A stretch of DNA of 33,454 nt from Abditibacteriaceae bacterium. Its GTDB lineage: Bacteria > Armatimonadota > Abditibacteriia > Abditibacteriales > Abditibacteriaceae. The stretch is taken from positions 1 through 33,454 of the forward strand of contig JANPJS010000241.1 of the NCBI GenBank assembly GCA_031425655.1, in the 5' to 3' direction. A program made the translations under genes and the position numbers. The notes beneath the pieces are model-generated. The model was not told where the DNA came from and ran no database searches. It worked only from the letters and a program-made list of their open reading frames with translations. This document shows, in pieces, positions 33,414 through 33,454 of this stretch (position 1 is its first letter; each line of letters opens with the position of its first letter).

Positions 33414-33454
33414 TCAGGGCTGCCACGAAAAGGCGGCGGGGCTATCGCCCTCTT

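Overview
GC-rich bacterial chromosomal region; a diderm Terrabacteria origin such as Armatimonadota/Abditibacteriota is my inference from gene content. The genes are mostly housekeeping or envelope genes: a ketosynthase-like protein, a PDH-type E1 alpha, a YdcF/DUF218 protein, gpmI, DUF1015, a tamB / ECF sigma / bamA block, a PIG-L deacetylase, a sugar ABC ATPase, DUF5654, a C-terminally extended ECF sigma factor, ppx/gppA, a Gfo/Idh/MocA oxidoreductase, an ArsI/CadI-type VOC protein, a beta-propeller protein, tRNA-Leu(GAG), secG, larB, larC and a secreted tandem-discoidin protein. The most unusual signal is in the repeats. At least 11 short tandem arrays are scattered through the window: eight with 7-nt periodicity (seven different unit families) and three hairpins of 3 x CRCVRAG per arm. 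They sit on stop or start codons or in frame inside tamB, larB and larC. One of them lies inside a 167-bp element with terminal inverted repeats and a 9-bp target-site-like duplication. Other notable items are a promoter-gene-terminator cassette between 173-bp copies of a gene's 3' end, a secreted-protein ORF with its own RBS nested in frame in an ECF sigma gene, and a sigmaE-type promoter in front of the sigma-bamA pair. No transposase, integrase, reverse transcriptase or CRISPR array was seen.
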